A stretch of DNA of 64,000 nucleotides. Source: the human T2T-CHM13v2.0 reference genome, Homo sapiens. Made by a program: the position numbers and the translations under genes. The notes under the pieces were generated by a model. It made no database searches, was not told the origin of the DNA, and saw nothing but the letters and a program-made list of their open reading frames with translations. This document shows, in pieces, positions 43,660 to 56,029 of this stretch. Each line of letters begins with the position of its first letter. Position 1 is the first letter of the stretch. The stretch is from the NCBI RefSeq assembly GCF_009914755.1, contig NC_060935.1, one strand, 5' to 3'.

Positions 43660-43850
43660 GAGTGAGCAACAGAAGACCTTGGCTTTGAATAAATCTGAAT
43701 TTGAATTCCAGAGCTACTCGTAATCTTTGTGACCTTGGGCAAGCTACCTAATTTCTCTAAGGCTTAGTTTTCTTATCTGTAAACTGAAGATGATAATGCC
43801 TACCTTCTAAATTCAGGTGAGATCGTGTATGGAAAGCATTAGAACAAAAT
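43660..43850 (+). mobile_element. MIR (MIRb-like)
   Basis: TGTGACCTTGGGCAAGCTACCTAATTTCTCTAAGGCTTAGTTTTCTTATCTGTAAACTGAAGATGATAATGCCTACCT. Confidence 0.85.
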
Positions 43851-44709
43851 AAACGCTTGCCCTTGCCCTTCTGAATGAAAGTTTTTGCTCTTTTCTCTAT
43901 AACCATATCTGCAAGACATATTAAAGAATGAATCTATAACTGTATAATATGGCTGCTTAATAGGCACACAATAAAAGCCACTGTTTTATAAAGCATGACA
44001 TGCCTTGAAATAAGCAACTTGTTTCTTTAACCATTCCTTGTACCTCTCTCATAGTCTTTTTGTCCTTCCATACTTTGATAGGCTCCTATTTTGCTAAAGA
44101 TTTTGCCACTTTCTTAAGTCACTGTTTCAGCAGAAACTTTCTTGTCACCATGGCTACATCTAAAGCCTACACTGAAGAGATTAAATCTAGATTCGTTAGC
44201 CAGCCACATAACTTGATTCATTCCTTATCCCTAGAATAATTTTTATTACTAAAATATTACTAATTTCTAATAGTCATTCTTTAGAAAGCACACAGAAGTA
44301 TGATAAAATTTAATTAAGCTGAGTAAATAGAAGGCAGATTTTCAATAAAGGAGAATTAGCTATTTCTCTATTAATTTATTTAAGAGGAGAGAAGAATATT
44401 TGCAAAAGAGCCCTTTTAATCGTGAGTGTATTTTAGAATTAACCTAATACAGACATCTAAAAGCAGTAAAGAAAAATATGCAATTGTATTGAATCACCTT
44501 CTCCCTCTATCTGCTCCTGTGTTAGATAGGGTACAGTTATTGTGAGAGACTGTGGGTGTGTGGATGTGTATATCCACAGTATGTATATATGGGTTTGTGT
44601 TAATTAATAAGTACGGCAATAAAAATAATCCTTCAAATTTTACTAAACTTTACAGTTTTTAAATAACTCTTAGCTGAATTATCACATTTCAAATTTCTTT
44701 CTGACTCCC

Positions 44710-45020
44710 TGAATTTTACAGCATACTGGACATTGCATGGTAAACAGCAATTTACTTTTTTCAGCTCCCTACTAGAACCTGAGCTTCCAGGGACAGACAT
44801 CAGTTCCATACTGAATTCTCTAAGCCTAGTGCCTAGTATAATGCCTCACACATAGTAAGCACTCAGTAATTTATTCTGAATATCTACTTGTAGCTCTAGC
44901 TCTCACTTATTTGGTTAATCCAGTTACCAAGACTCTCCAAACCTCAGTTTCCTTATCTGTTAAATCAAGGGGTTAGACACTGTAATCTCTGAGACTGGTG
45001 CCAGTTCAAATATCTCATTA
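44710..45020 (+). mobile_element. L2 3' end followed by MIR3-like fragment
   Basis: CTCCCTACTAGAACCTGAGCTTCCAGGGACAGA...GCCTCACACATAGTAAGCACTCAGTAA; AACCTCAGTTTCCTTATCTGTTAAATCAAGGGGTTAGAC. Confidence 0.75.
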
Positions 45021-46346
45021 TTCTCTATCTCAGAGGTGAAGTAGCCGTTTTATCCACCTCAGAAGAGAAGACAACATTTCTACAGTACAGTTAGCAGAGT
45101 TCAGCAAGTCCTGTTTTCAGGATTCACTGAAAGGTCTTTCTATTATGTCTTACTATAGTAGAGACTGCATTCTTGTCAAGGTTCCACTGCCACCTAACTC
45201 CTACAAAAATCAGGAAAAATGTTTTTACAAGTTAGAGAAGTAAAGATAATAAAGGGAGAAACAAAATGAAGCCAGATATTTCCTTTACATATAAAAAATT
45301 TAATCCAAACAGAAGAGGCATTGATAGAAGGAGCACTTCATTTGAGATGGTCAGCTAGCTAGATATAAGATCATTTATTTGAACCTAATTAGCTTGGTCA
45401 TGTCAAAGTTTGTCTTTGAAAACCAAGGATCATACATATTATTTTCATCTCCTTGTTTCTAGTGTATTGTTACATTTTTTCCTTATAAAGAGTTCCATCA
45501 AAGGGTTCAGCTGTCTTGAGATTAGTCAAATAGAATGTCTATGGAGAGAGGGTAGTAAATGCTAACTATACTGATTTTTCATGAGAAAATTCAGCAGACA
45601 AAAATTCTTATCTAGTCCGTCCAGGGTCATTTAGCATCATCTAAGTTGGCAGCTAGAATCCTAAAGAGAATTGTATATATGACCTTTGACAAGTCGCATA
45701 TCCTTTCTGAGCTTTCGTGAGACAGCAAACTCACTAATAATTTGCATGTACTGAGCTCCTCTCCTTAATAATCAATGTTCTCCTTATCTCACTGGGTTAT
45801 TGTTAATAATAGATGCTATCCTCACAGTCATAAAAATGCTCAAAAACTGTAAAGAGTCATCACAAGAACTGAATCCACATGGCAAACCACTGTAGCAAAA
45901 TTCAGAGAGAAAGATGCACCTGGAAAGATAAGGCACCTGAGATCTGCTTACCTGAGGAAGCAGAAGCTAGAGCTATAAACTGTGCAGGAAACAGGAAAAG
46001 TCCCCATTATGAGCACACCCAGACCTTCCTGTATAACAAAGGCATACCTCTAAATGAAAGTACTCTATTAAAGTGTCTTTTTTTTCTCCTTTACCAATAA
46101 GAAACAGTTTCCATCTAAGGAAATGGAATTCCTCCCCACTACAGCCCTTACACTCTGTTTGTTTCATGTAAGAAAAAACAAAATAGTCAGCAATGAACAG
46201 GCTTTCAAGGAGGTAGATAGAAAATGCTGGAGCCAAAGAAAGGGCTGGGGAAGGGATAAATTTATATATTGCAGAGAGGCAGAAACAATTGTGAAGGCCA
46301 AGACTCCAAGACACAGGTCCATTAAAAGCCTAAGAGTTAAGAAGAA

Positions 46347-46648
46347 GGCCAGGCATGGTGCCTCGTGGCTCATGGCTGTAATCACAGCACTTTGGGAAGC
46401 TGAATGCAGTAGGATCATTTGAGGTTAGGAGTTTGAGGCCAGCCTAGGCAACATAGGGTGACCTCATATGTACTTTAAAAAAAAGAAAATAGTTGGGTGT
46501 CATAGCCCACACCTGTAGCTGCTAGGGAGGCAAAAGATGGAGAAATGCTTGAGCCCAGCAGAGCAAGGCAGCAGTAACGAGCTGTGATTTTACCACTGCA
46601 CTCCAACCCGGATAACAGAGCAAGACCTTATTTTAAAAAAAATACAAA
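46347..46648 (+). mobile_element. AluJ-type element (diverged)
   Basis: GGCCAGGCATGGTG...CACTTTGGGAAGCTGA...AGCCTAGGCAACATAG...CTTGAGCCCAG...CACTGCACTCCAACC. Confidence 0.9.
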
Positions 46649-46768
46649 ATATTCTCCCCTCTCCCCATAACCCACCACCACACCAACAAGCCTAAAGTCT
46701 AGTAACAGTAAGTGGAAAGAGCTGCAAGACACACACGGTTTCTGAGGATCACTAAATAAGAGCATTCT

Positions 46769-47125
46769 TGTCTGAGTCCATTTGGAATGACATAACAGAA
46801 TACCATAGATTGAGTGGTTTAAACAACAGATATTAATTCTTACAGTTCTGGAAGCTAGAAAATTGAAGATCAAGGCACCAGGATATTCAGTATCTGGCGA
46901 GGTTTATCTTCCTGGTTTACAGACAGCCTTTTTCTCTAGGTATCGTCCCATGGCGGAAGGGGATGAGGAGCTCTCCGGCATGTGTTTCTGAAAGGCACCA
47001 ATCCCGTTTATGAGAGCTCCACCCTCATGACCTAAACACCTCCCAAAGGCTCCACCTCCAAACAATATCATTTTGAGGATTAAGTTTCAATGTATAAATT
47101 TTAGGGAGCACAAATATTCAAAGAG
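46769..47125 (-). mobile_element. MSTD/MLT1A-type MaLR LTR
   Basis: TGTCTGAGTCCATTTGG...CAGTTCTGGAAGCTAG...CTCCACCCTCATGACCTAAACACCTCCCAAAGGCTCCACCTCC. Confidence 0.88.
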
Positions 47126-47129
47126 TAGG

Positions 47130-48900
47130 TGCAGTGAATAGAAAACAATTAAAAAATGGTATACATTAATTCAATTATATTGTTCCTCAGTTTAAAAGTA
47201 AATGGCATAAACACATCAATTAACAGAAATTGTCACAGAGGATATTTTTAAAAGATCCAATTATACGTTGTCTATAACAATCTAGTTTAACATAAAAACT
47301 CAGATTAGTTAAAAGTACATATGAAGAAAGACATACCATGAGAATATTAATCAGAAAAAAGCTCACATAGCTATACGAATTTTAGACAAACTTGACTTAG
47401 AACAAGGAATTTTTTAATTTCCATTTTCATTTTAGATTCAGGAGGTGAACGTGCAGGTTTGTTGCAAGGATATATGGCATGTTGCTGAGTTATGAGCATC
47501 TATTGATCCTGTTACTCAAATAATGAACATAGCACTCAATAGGAAGTTTTTCAGCCCTTTCCCCCCTCCCTCTCTTCTTTTTGAGTTTTCAGTGTCTGTT
47601 GTCCATGTGAACCCAAGATTTAGCTCCCCCTTAGAAGAGAACATGTAATATCTGATTTTCTGTTTCTGCATTAGTTTGCCGAGGATAATGGTCCCCAGCT
47701 GCAACCATGCTGCTGCAAAGAACATATTTTTATCGCTGTGTAGTATTTTATGGTGTATATGTAGCACTTTTTTAAAAATTCAGTCCATCATTGATGTTCC
47801 CTTGGTTTGATTCCATGTCTTTGCTATTGAGAATAGCGCTGTGATAAACATACAGGTGCACGTGTCTTTTTGGTAGAACAATTTATTTTCCTTTGGATAT
47901 ATACCCAGTAATGAGATGTATGGGTCCAATGGTAGTTCTGCTTTGGGTTTTTTGAGAAATCCCCAAACTGCCTTCTACAGGGGCTGAACTAATTTTCATT
48001 CCAACTAGCAGCGTGTAAGCATTCTCTTTTCTCTGAAGTGTCACCAACATCTTTTTTTTTCTTTTTAATAATAACCATCCTGGCTAGTGTGAAATGGTAT
48101 CTCATTGCGGTTTTGATTTTCATTGCTCTGATGATTAATGATGTGGAAGTTTTTTTATATGTCTGTTGGCCACTTGTATGTCTTTTTTTGAGAAGTATCT
48201 GTTCATGCCTTTGCCCACTTTTTAAGGGGACTTTTTTTCTTGTTGATTCATTTATGTTCCTTAAAGATTCTGGATGTCCTTTGTTGGACACACAGTTTGC
48301 AAATATTTTCTCCCATTCTGTAGGTTGTCTGTTTACTCTGTTGATTATTTCTTTTGCTGTTCAGAGACTCTTTAGTTAAATTAAGCCCCATTTGTCTATT
48401 TTTCTTATTTCGTTGCATTTGCTTCTGGAGTCTTCATCATAAATTATTTGCCCAGAACAATATCTAGAAGAATATTCCTAGGAATAGATATATTGACCAA
48501 TGAAACAGAGTAGAGACCAGTGAAATAAAGCTACACACCTAAAATCAACTCATCTTTGACAAAGTTGACAAAAATAAACAGTGGCAAAAGAACACCCTAT
48601 CAATAAATGGTGCTAGGAAAACTGGCTGACCATATGCAGAGGATTGAAACTGGACCGCCACCTCTCACCATATACAAAAATTAACTCAAGATGGATTAAA
48701 GCCTTAAATATAAGACCTCAAACTGTAAAAATTCTAGAGAAAAACAAAATATTATCAAGAATAAATTGAGGCATTGCATAACAATGGAGTCAAGTTTGCA
48801 AAAAGACCTAATAATCCTCAATGTGTGTGTAGGCCCCTAACAATAGGCTGCCAAAATACTTTAGGTAACAAAATGATTGCATTGAAAGGAGAAGTGGATA
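47130..48900 (+). mobile_element. Ancient L1M ORF2 endonuclease-region remnant (47130-47410 and 48743-48900) split by a younger L1
   Basis: GTAAATGGCATAAACACATCAATTAA...GATCCAATTATACGTTGTCTATAA, resuming at TAATAATCCTCAATGTGTG...CCTAACAATAG...TGAAAGGAGAA. Confidence 0.75.
47411..48742 (-). mobile_element. L1PA15/16- or L1PB-like 3' fragment with 5' inversion (minus 47411-48482, plus 48483-48742)
   Basis: Poly-T/3'UTR at left; ORF 47989-48291 IIRAMKIKTAMRYHFT; orientation switches at CCTAGG|AATAGA. Confidence 0.88.
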
Positions 48901-50980
48901 TGAGTTTCATTAAATATAAACTCATTAAAGGCAGAAATTTTTTCCTGTTTTATTCACTACCATATTCTCATGCCTATACAACTGGTTCATACACTGTAGA
49001 TTCTTAATAAGTACTTCTAGTTGGTAAATACTGTAAATGGCCCCAGCACATTGTCCCATTTGAATAAATATGAGTTACATCCAAGAGTTGAGTGAACAGC
49101 TATTATCCTTGGAAAGAGAAACGCTAAGTGCTGTTGTACTGGGAATAGCGTAAGACATCTGTTATACCAAGGACCTTAAAGGGAGAACACTAAAGAATGC
49201 GTAACTCTGGTCTTTCTATGTATACTTTGAGCTCATATGAGCTAAAATCCCGCCTTTTTCTTCCATTCGGAATAATAATGCATAGAAGGCTTCAATAAGG
49301 AAGGTGACTATGCTGTTGGCTTCCACAACAAAATGAATCTCATAGTACTACAGCATGTCCTGAGATGTATAATGGCTGGCCCTTATACACATTTTATAGT
49401 TTTTTCTCATAAATAATAATTGTATAGTTATTTAAGTAGCATAACAAATCATAAGTCTCCACCACAGTAGGTCTGTTTTTGTAAGCCTTCCAAATAAAAG
49501 GTTTCCATTGTTTGTGATTGTTTCCAATTCAGTAAAGGGATATTTTTGCTCTAAAGAAACTTGAAAACTAATGATAAAGAAGAAACAAACTGAAACGAAG
49601 TTCTACATTCCTCAGAGATGTCTAGTGAATGACACTTAAGAAGATGATCTCATTTTATATGTATCAATCACGGCATCTTTAAAAACCCAAAATTTTTAAT
49701 GAAGTAGTAAGTTTGACTCAATGATATTCTCTCAAAACCATGCCAGTTCTAAAGTAGATGTGATAATAATGATATGCTTGATGGAGCTGGGACCAACCTC
49801 TGAAACCTATTTTGAAAAGCATTCTAAATGCTAGTTCCATATAAGAAACACTAGAATGTATAATCTTGTTAAACTTTGAATTACAATGTGAAATTAAAGA
49901 CTCTCAGGGTATTAATGTGTTAATTAAATAAACCATATTATTCCTTAAATGAGACAAAATAGTATTTCTTGTGTCCAGTATTCCTTTAAAACCTAATACT
50001 ATCCTTTATTAATCAGCCTAATAGTTCCATAGCACAATTCCAAAAGGACTAACACTTTCTCCATTTAAAATAGGAATTTTTCTAGGCATATATACTTTTA
50101 TAGTCCTGAAAATGAGCATTATCTGGAACAGATAACTAAAATGACCCTTTATGACGTTTACTTCTCCTTTCAATTCAATCATTGTTTCACCTTAAGTATT
50201 TTGACAGTCTGTTCTGGGCCTACGCACATATTGAGGATTATTAGGTCTTCTTACAAAATTGACTCCATTGTTATGCAATGCCTTAATTTATTCTTGATAA
50301 TCTTTCGGGCGACTCTAGAATTTTTACATTTCAAAATTTTTTTGAAAATTGCATTTCAAACTATTGACTTGCTTTTTAATAAATTATTAACCAAGTCAAG
50401 AAGATAAACAATAGATTTAATTGTTCCTCTGTGAACTGACAAATAATCATAGTAATTTTAAAAATATATAACTCTTTCATAATTTTTAATTCAGTGTTGA
50501 TGACAGTAAAATTTCTAAAATACAGTCTCTAAAAATTGTCTATGTTCATCTCACAAAGACATATACCTCTTAAGTGCCTAAGCATCACTCATTGTACAAA
50601 GAGGGCTACAATAAGATTTTCTTCCATAAGTGTGATACAAAGTGGGATATAGAATGACAGTTTGCAAAATATGAAACATGCAAAATATAAAAATAAAACA
50701 AAAATCAGATATATTTCTTAAAAGAAGCAGACATAAATCTTGTAGGACCCTCAGGGATTCTTTTCTACTGCCATTTTTGTTAAAATGATAGAAGAGAGAA
50801 GAGTCTTTTCAAGGGAAGGGAAACATATCTGCAGTAAATATTTCAGTCTGATTGTTTAAAATGGTGGCATAACATAAAATGTGAGACAAGAACACAAAGT
50901 TCAGAGGTGGTCAAATTGGAGAATATTAAAAGTTTATGCTGAATGATTTGGTCTTCAGCTCTCCCAATTAAAAAAATAAT

Positions 50981-51140
50981 GCTGGGAGAGCAACAGCAAG
51001 AATAGCTAATGGATTCTGGGCTTAATACGTGAGTGATGGGCTGATCTGTGCAACAAACCACCATGACACATATTTACCTATGTAACAAACCTTCACATCC
51101 CGCACATGTACCCCAGAATTTAAAATAAAATTTGAAGAAA
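50981..51140 (+). mobile_element. Short L1PA13-16-like 3' terminal insertion
   Basis: AAGAATAGCTAATGGAT.CTGGGCTTAATAC...CAAACCACCATGACACA..TTTACCTATGTAACAAACCT..ACATCC.GCACATGTACCCCAGAA; AAATAAT on both flanks. Confidence 0.88.
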
Positions 51141-51799
51141 AGAAATAATAAAGATAAAGAAGTTTGAAGACCAATAAGAAAACCATTGCAGTAATCTAGA
51201 CAAGAGATGATGGAAGTCCAAATTCAGGTAGCAATAGTGAGGAGGTAAAGGATATAACTTTATAAGCAGAAGAGAAATAAATGACAAGGAATCAACAAGA
51301 TTTCCCAAAAAATCAAATTTAAAAAGATGAGATATAGGAAAAAGTCAAAATCAGTTCTGAAGTTCTGAGCCTGGATGAGTATTTTGATAATGATACCATT
51401 TACCAAGTTATAGAATACAACAGGGAACCAGAAATCATTTAAAGGCCGAAAGAAATAGAGAAGTATTTATTCTTGAAGAACTATGGAGCTTCAGGTAAGT
51501 GGGAGTCCATGACCTTTTTCACCCGGGGCTATTCCTATCCTGACTCTTTCTCCCTACTCCATATTCCTACCCTTCATCCCACGTCCACTGAACTCATGTA
51601 TTTTTATCACGAGTTTAGAAACAAAAACCAGCTTCTTCTGCTAGTGAGCACAAACTTGATTTGCACAGAAAGAGGGTAAGAAAGCCCATTGTTTTCCAAG
51701 TAAAACAAATAAATTCAGTCAGAAACAAATGGAGAGCCCCTAAACTTTGTGAGTCTTGTCTTTCAGTTTTTGTAAGGGCAATCAGTGGAACAGCCAGAA

Positions 51800-51802
<3 letters not shown>

Positions 51803-51843
<41 letters not shown>

Positions 51844-51844
51844 G

Positions 51845-51908
<64 letters not shown>
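51803..51908. repeat. Long (GA)n polypurine repeat
   Basis: Directly visible; two short G-run interruptions, followed by a G-rich tail to 51936. Confidence 0.97.
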
Positions 51909-51914
<6 letters not shown>

Positions 51915-52520
51915 GCGGGGGGGAGGGGAGGAGAGGCTATAAACTCTCCACAAATACTGGCCTGGCTGATGTGTTTTGTAGGAGCATCCCAAAAAGCCCA
52001 TTGAGCAGTGAAAGCCAAGTCATACCTGAGAACTGGCTCCAACTTTGGCATAAGGTGGAAGCCTTAAAATCTTGAGGTGTTTGAATGTACTGCCTCTGCT
52101 CAAGTCATTGTCTTAGTGTTATGTTACATAGACACAGGGTTAATCCATAGGAAGTCAGGCTAAAAATAATAATAATAATAACCATGCATAGACATCAGGA
52201 GCCACAGCAGTTTCTGCAGTTTATGTCTGGACAACATTTTAAAAATAATATAAAATAAAAATAATTTATATAAATGAAATAGAATCTAGTGTTCCAAGAA
52301 TACATCTTATTGCTGTTCATTTTTCAACAAAAATTATGAAACCTGCAAAAAGCAAAACAAAAACCTAAAAAAATGATCAGGAGGATAGTGCAACCTATAC
52401 TCTGGGTAAAAAAGCAGTCAGTAATAAATGTGAGCCAGCCCAGAGGTTGGCTTTAGCAAAGACTTAAAATTAGCTAGTTTAAGTATTTTCCAAGAATTTA
52501 AAGAAAAATATGACAATGAT

Positions 52521-52611
52521 TCAAGAAGAGATTAATGTCAATGAAGAAAAACAAATCATAAAAAAATCAAGAAGAGATTAATGTCAATGAAGAAAAACAT
52601 ATCATAAAAAA
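52521..52611. repeat. Tandem duplication, ~46-bp unit x2
   Basis: TCAAGAAGAGATTAATGTCAATGAAGAAAAACA(A/T)ATCATAAAAAA at 52521 and 52567. Confidence 0.95.
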
Positions 52612-54414
52612 TAATGAAAATTTTACATTAAAATTCAATAACAAATATGAAAAACTTTCTGAATGAATTCAACAGAAGATCTCTAATGGCAGAAGAAAAA
52701 AATCAGTCAACTTGAAGGTAATCCAATAGAAATCATTCAATCTGAAGAACAAGAAAAAATATTGCAGAAAAATGAACATAGCCACAGGGATTCATGGGAC
52801 AATATATAGTATAAAAATATATGCAAAAAAGTACCAGTAGGAATGGAGGAAGAGAAATTTGATGAAAAACATTAATCTATACATTAAAGGAGCTCAAAAA
52901 AACAACAAAATTAAGATAAACAGGAGATTTATAATTAAAATAATGACAGTTAAATTGCCGAAAACCAAAGAAGAGAGAAATCTTGAAAATAGCAAAAGAA
53001 AATGATTCATTATGTAAAATAGGAACATTATACTTAAGTTTTTAAAAAAAATTGAACTAAATGAAAATAAAAGCACAACATTCAAAATGTGTAGCATGCT
53101 GCTAAAGCTCTAAGCAGTATCTAGAAGGGATTATAAATTTAAACCCATGTTAGAAAGGAAGACAGATCTAGACAAATATTCTCAGCTTTGACTTCAAGAA
53201 GCTAGAAAAATAGAGCAAATCAAATTCAAATTAGGGAGAGGAGAAGAAATAGCAATAAAAATGGAAATCAATAAAATATAAACCAGAAAAAAAATTAGAG
53301 AAAATCCCTGAAGCCAAAAGTTTATAAGATTTAGGTAATCTAATAAAGATAAAAAGAAGACATAAATTACCAAAATCAGGAAGGGATAAGTGGCCAATAC
53401 TAAAGACTCAAGACATTAAAGAGAACTGTAACTGAATATTAAGAAAAATCATACATTAGACAATTTAGATGAAATGTACAAATTCCTATAGATACTAAAA
53501 TTATGAAAACTGATCCAAATGAAAAATATACATTTGATGAAATAGATCTATATCAAGTACAAATACAGAGAGTAATTAAAACTTTTCTAGCAAGAAAACT
53601 TCAAGATTAGATGGCTTCAGAATGAATTTTATACAACATTTTAAGGAGAAATAATATCAGTTCTACATATACTATTTCATAGCATTGAGAAAGAAAAAAT
53701 ATATCCCAATTATCTTAAAAGTCCTGTATTACTTAGGCACGAAAGCCAGACATAGATTCACAAGAAAAGAAAATAAATAGAATTCTACACGTTAACCAAG
53801 TGGAGTTTATCCCAGAAATGCAAGGTCATTGTAATAACAGACAGACATTTGCTATGTATTATATTTATAAAGTAAGGGACAGAAACTGTATGTTTATCTC
53901 AGTAGAATCAGGAAAAGTATTTTACAGAATTCAACATCCATTTATGTTGAAAACTCACAACAAACACAAAAGTGAGGAAAAAATGATCTCTGATACAAAG
54001 TGTTTATGAAAAACTTACAGCTACTATAATGACTAATGGAGAATGGCTGAACGTTTTCTCCCTAAAATCAGTTACAAATATGTCTGTTTCTCACCGTTTC
54101 TATTCAACATTTTTCTAGAGGTTCTAGCCAGTGTAAAAATCAATCAATCAATCATTCAACAACACTCAGATTGGAAATAAAGTACCTTTATCCACTGATG
54201 AATTAATTTCATATGCAAACCAAAGAATCTACTAGAAACCTACTCTAATAAGTAAGCTCAGCAAGGGTGCTAGATACGTGATCAATATTTTTAAAATTAC
54301 AGCTTTATTTCAGTATGCTACCACCTAAAAATCAAAAAATTAAATGAATAAAAATACTTAGAATAGATTTAACAAAAGAAGTGAAAGACCTCCACATAAA
54401 AAATACAAAACATG

Positions 54415-54760
54415 TTCATCCATATTCCTGCAAAGGACATGAACTCATTCCTTTTTATGGAAACCATCATTCTCAGCAAACTAACACAGGAACAGAAAAC
54501 CAAGCACCACATGTTCTCACTCATAAGTGGGAGTTGAACAAAGAGAATACATGGACACAGGGAGGGGAACATCACTGGGGCCTGTCAGGGGGTGCGCAGC
54601 AAATGGAGGGAGAGCATTAGGACAAATAAGTAATGCATGTGAGGCTTAAAACCTAGATGATGGGTTGACGGTTGCAGCAAACCACCATGGCACATGCATA
54701 CCTATGTAACAAATCGCATGTTCTACACATGTGTCCCAGAACTTAAAGTAAAATGTTAAG
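54415..54760 (+). mobile_element. L1PA8-like 3' fragment with short 5' inversion (54415-54460)
   Basis: GAGAGCATTAGGACAAATA..TAATGCATG.GAGGCTTAAAACCTAGATG L1PA8-type 3'UTR; TSD AAAT(A/G)CAAAACAT at 54401-54413 and 54761-54773. Confidence 0.9.
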
Positions 54761-55732
54761 AAATGCAAAACATTACTTAGAGACATTTAAAGGGACATTA
54801 AAAAGTGGTGGAAAATACTAGATATGGAGATAGGCATACAGCATAATTTTTATATGGCACTTGTCTCCAAATAGATATGTAGATTCAGTGTAATCCCTAT
54901 CAAAATTCCTGTGGCATTTTTGTTCAAAGTGATAAGCTGTTCCTAAAGTTTGTGTCTCAAAGGAAAAACAATTTTGAAAACGGCAACTATAATTAGAGGA
55001 AACATACTACTTTAAGAGTTAATATCTTCAATTAAAGCTTCACACATTATACAAAAATTAACTTACATTGCATCTTAGATTGAATGCACAATGTAAAACT
55101 ATTAACCTTTCGAACACAATATAGGAGAAAATCTCCATTGCTTATAGTTAGATAAAGAATTTTTAGACACAACACCAAAAGCAAATTATGTTAAAGAAAA
55201 CATAGCTAAATTGGACTTTATTAAAATTGAAATATTTATTGGACAAAATATAATTTAAGAGAAGGGAAGAACAAGAGATGAACTGGTAGAAAATATTTGC
55301 AAATCAAAAAACCCAACAAACTTTAAAAAAGTATACTCTGTATACATATCAAGAATATATTTTACAATCTATGAACTCAATAGTAAGAAAATATATAATT
55401 TAATTAGAAAGTGGGCAAAATACTTGAACAGACATTTCACCAAAAGGCACAGATAGATAGTAAATTATACACAAAAATATAATCAACATCATTAGGCACT
55501 AGAGAAATTCAAATTAAAATCTCAATGAGATGCCACTATATTAGTATTAGAATTCCTGCAACAACAATTCTGACTAAGTACTGATGAGGATGTGAAGCAA
55601 CTGCATGTTATATAGACTGCTGATGGAAATGCAAATTTTAACGGCCACTCTAGAAAAGTTTGCTTGTTTCTTATCAAGTCAGATGTGCAATTCTATGTAA
55701 TCCACCAATCTTTCTCCAGTGTTTACCCTGGA

Positions 55733-55855
55733 GCAGAGATTGGCTAACTTTATCTGTTAAGTGCCAGATAGCAAATATTTTAGGTTTTCTGGGCCAAATA
55801 CTATCTCTGTTGCATATTACTCTTTATTTCTTCAACCATTTAAAAACATTTTAAA
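55733..55855 (+). mobile_element. MER58-family hAT transposon fragment
   Basis: CAGAGATTGGCTAACTTTATCTGTTAAGTGCCAGATAGCAAATATTTTAGGTTTT. Confidence 0.75.
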
Positions 55856-56029
55856 AATTATATGTGTGTGAACACGTTTTCATTTAACTTACATGAATAT
55901 CTAGAAATGAAATTGGTAAGCCACATGGCTAATACATATCATTTTATATTCCCATCACTAAGTAATATATGTAATTTATGAGGATTCCAGTTTCTTCCAG
56001 CCCTCTCTACTATTTCCACACTTAAATTT

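Larger units (their letters stand above)
52200..55730 (+). mobile_element. Large ancient L1M remnant (ORF1 and ORF2 homology, heavily decayed)
   Basis: A-rich plus strand; ATGGCAGAAGAAAAAAATCAG..ACTTGAAG, ORF 53800-54009 EFIPEMQG...IQHPFMLKT (RT-region homology), CAGACATTTCACCAAA. Confidence 0.8.

Noticed and set aside
51615-52075. ORFs with ERERER / LSLSLS runs
   Set aside because: Translations of the (GA)n microsatellite.
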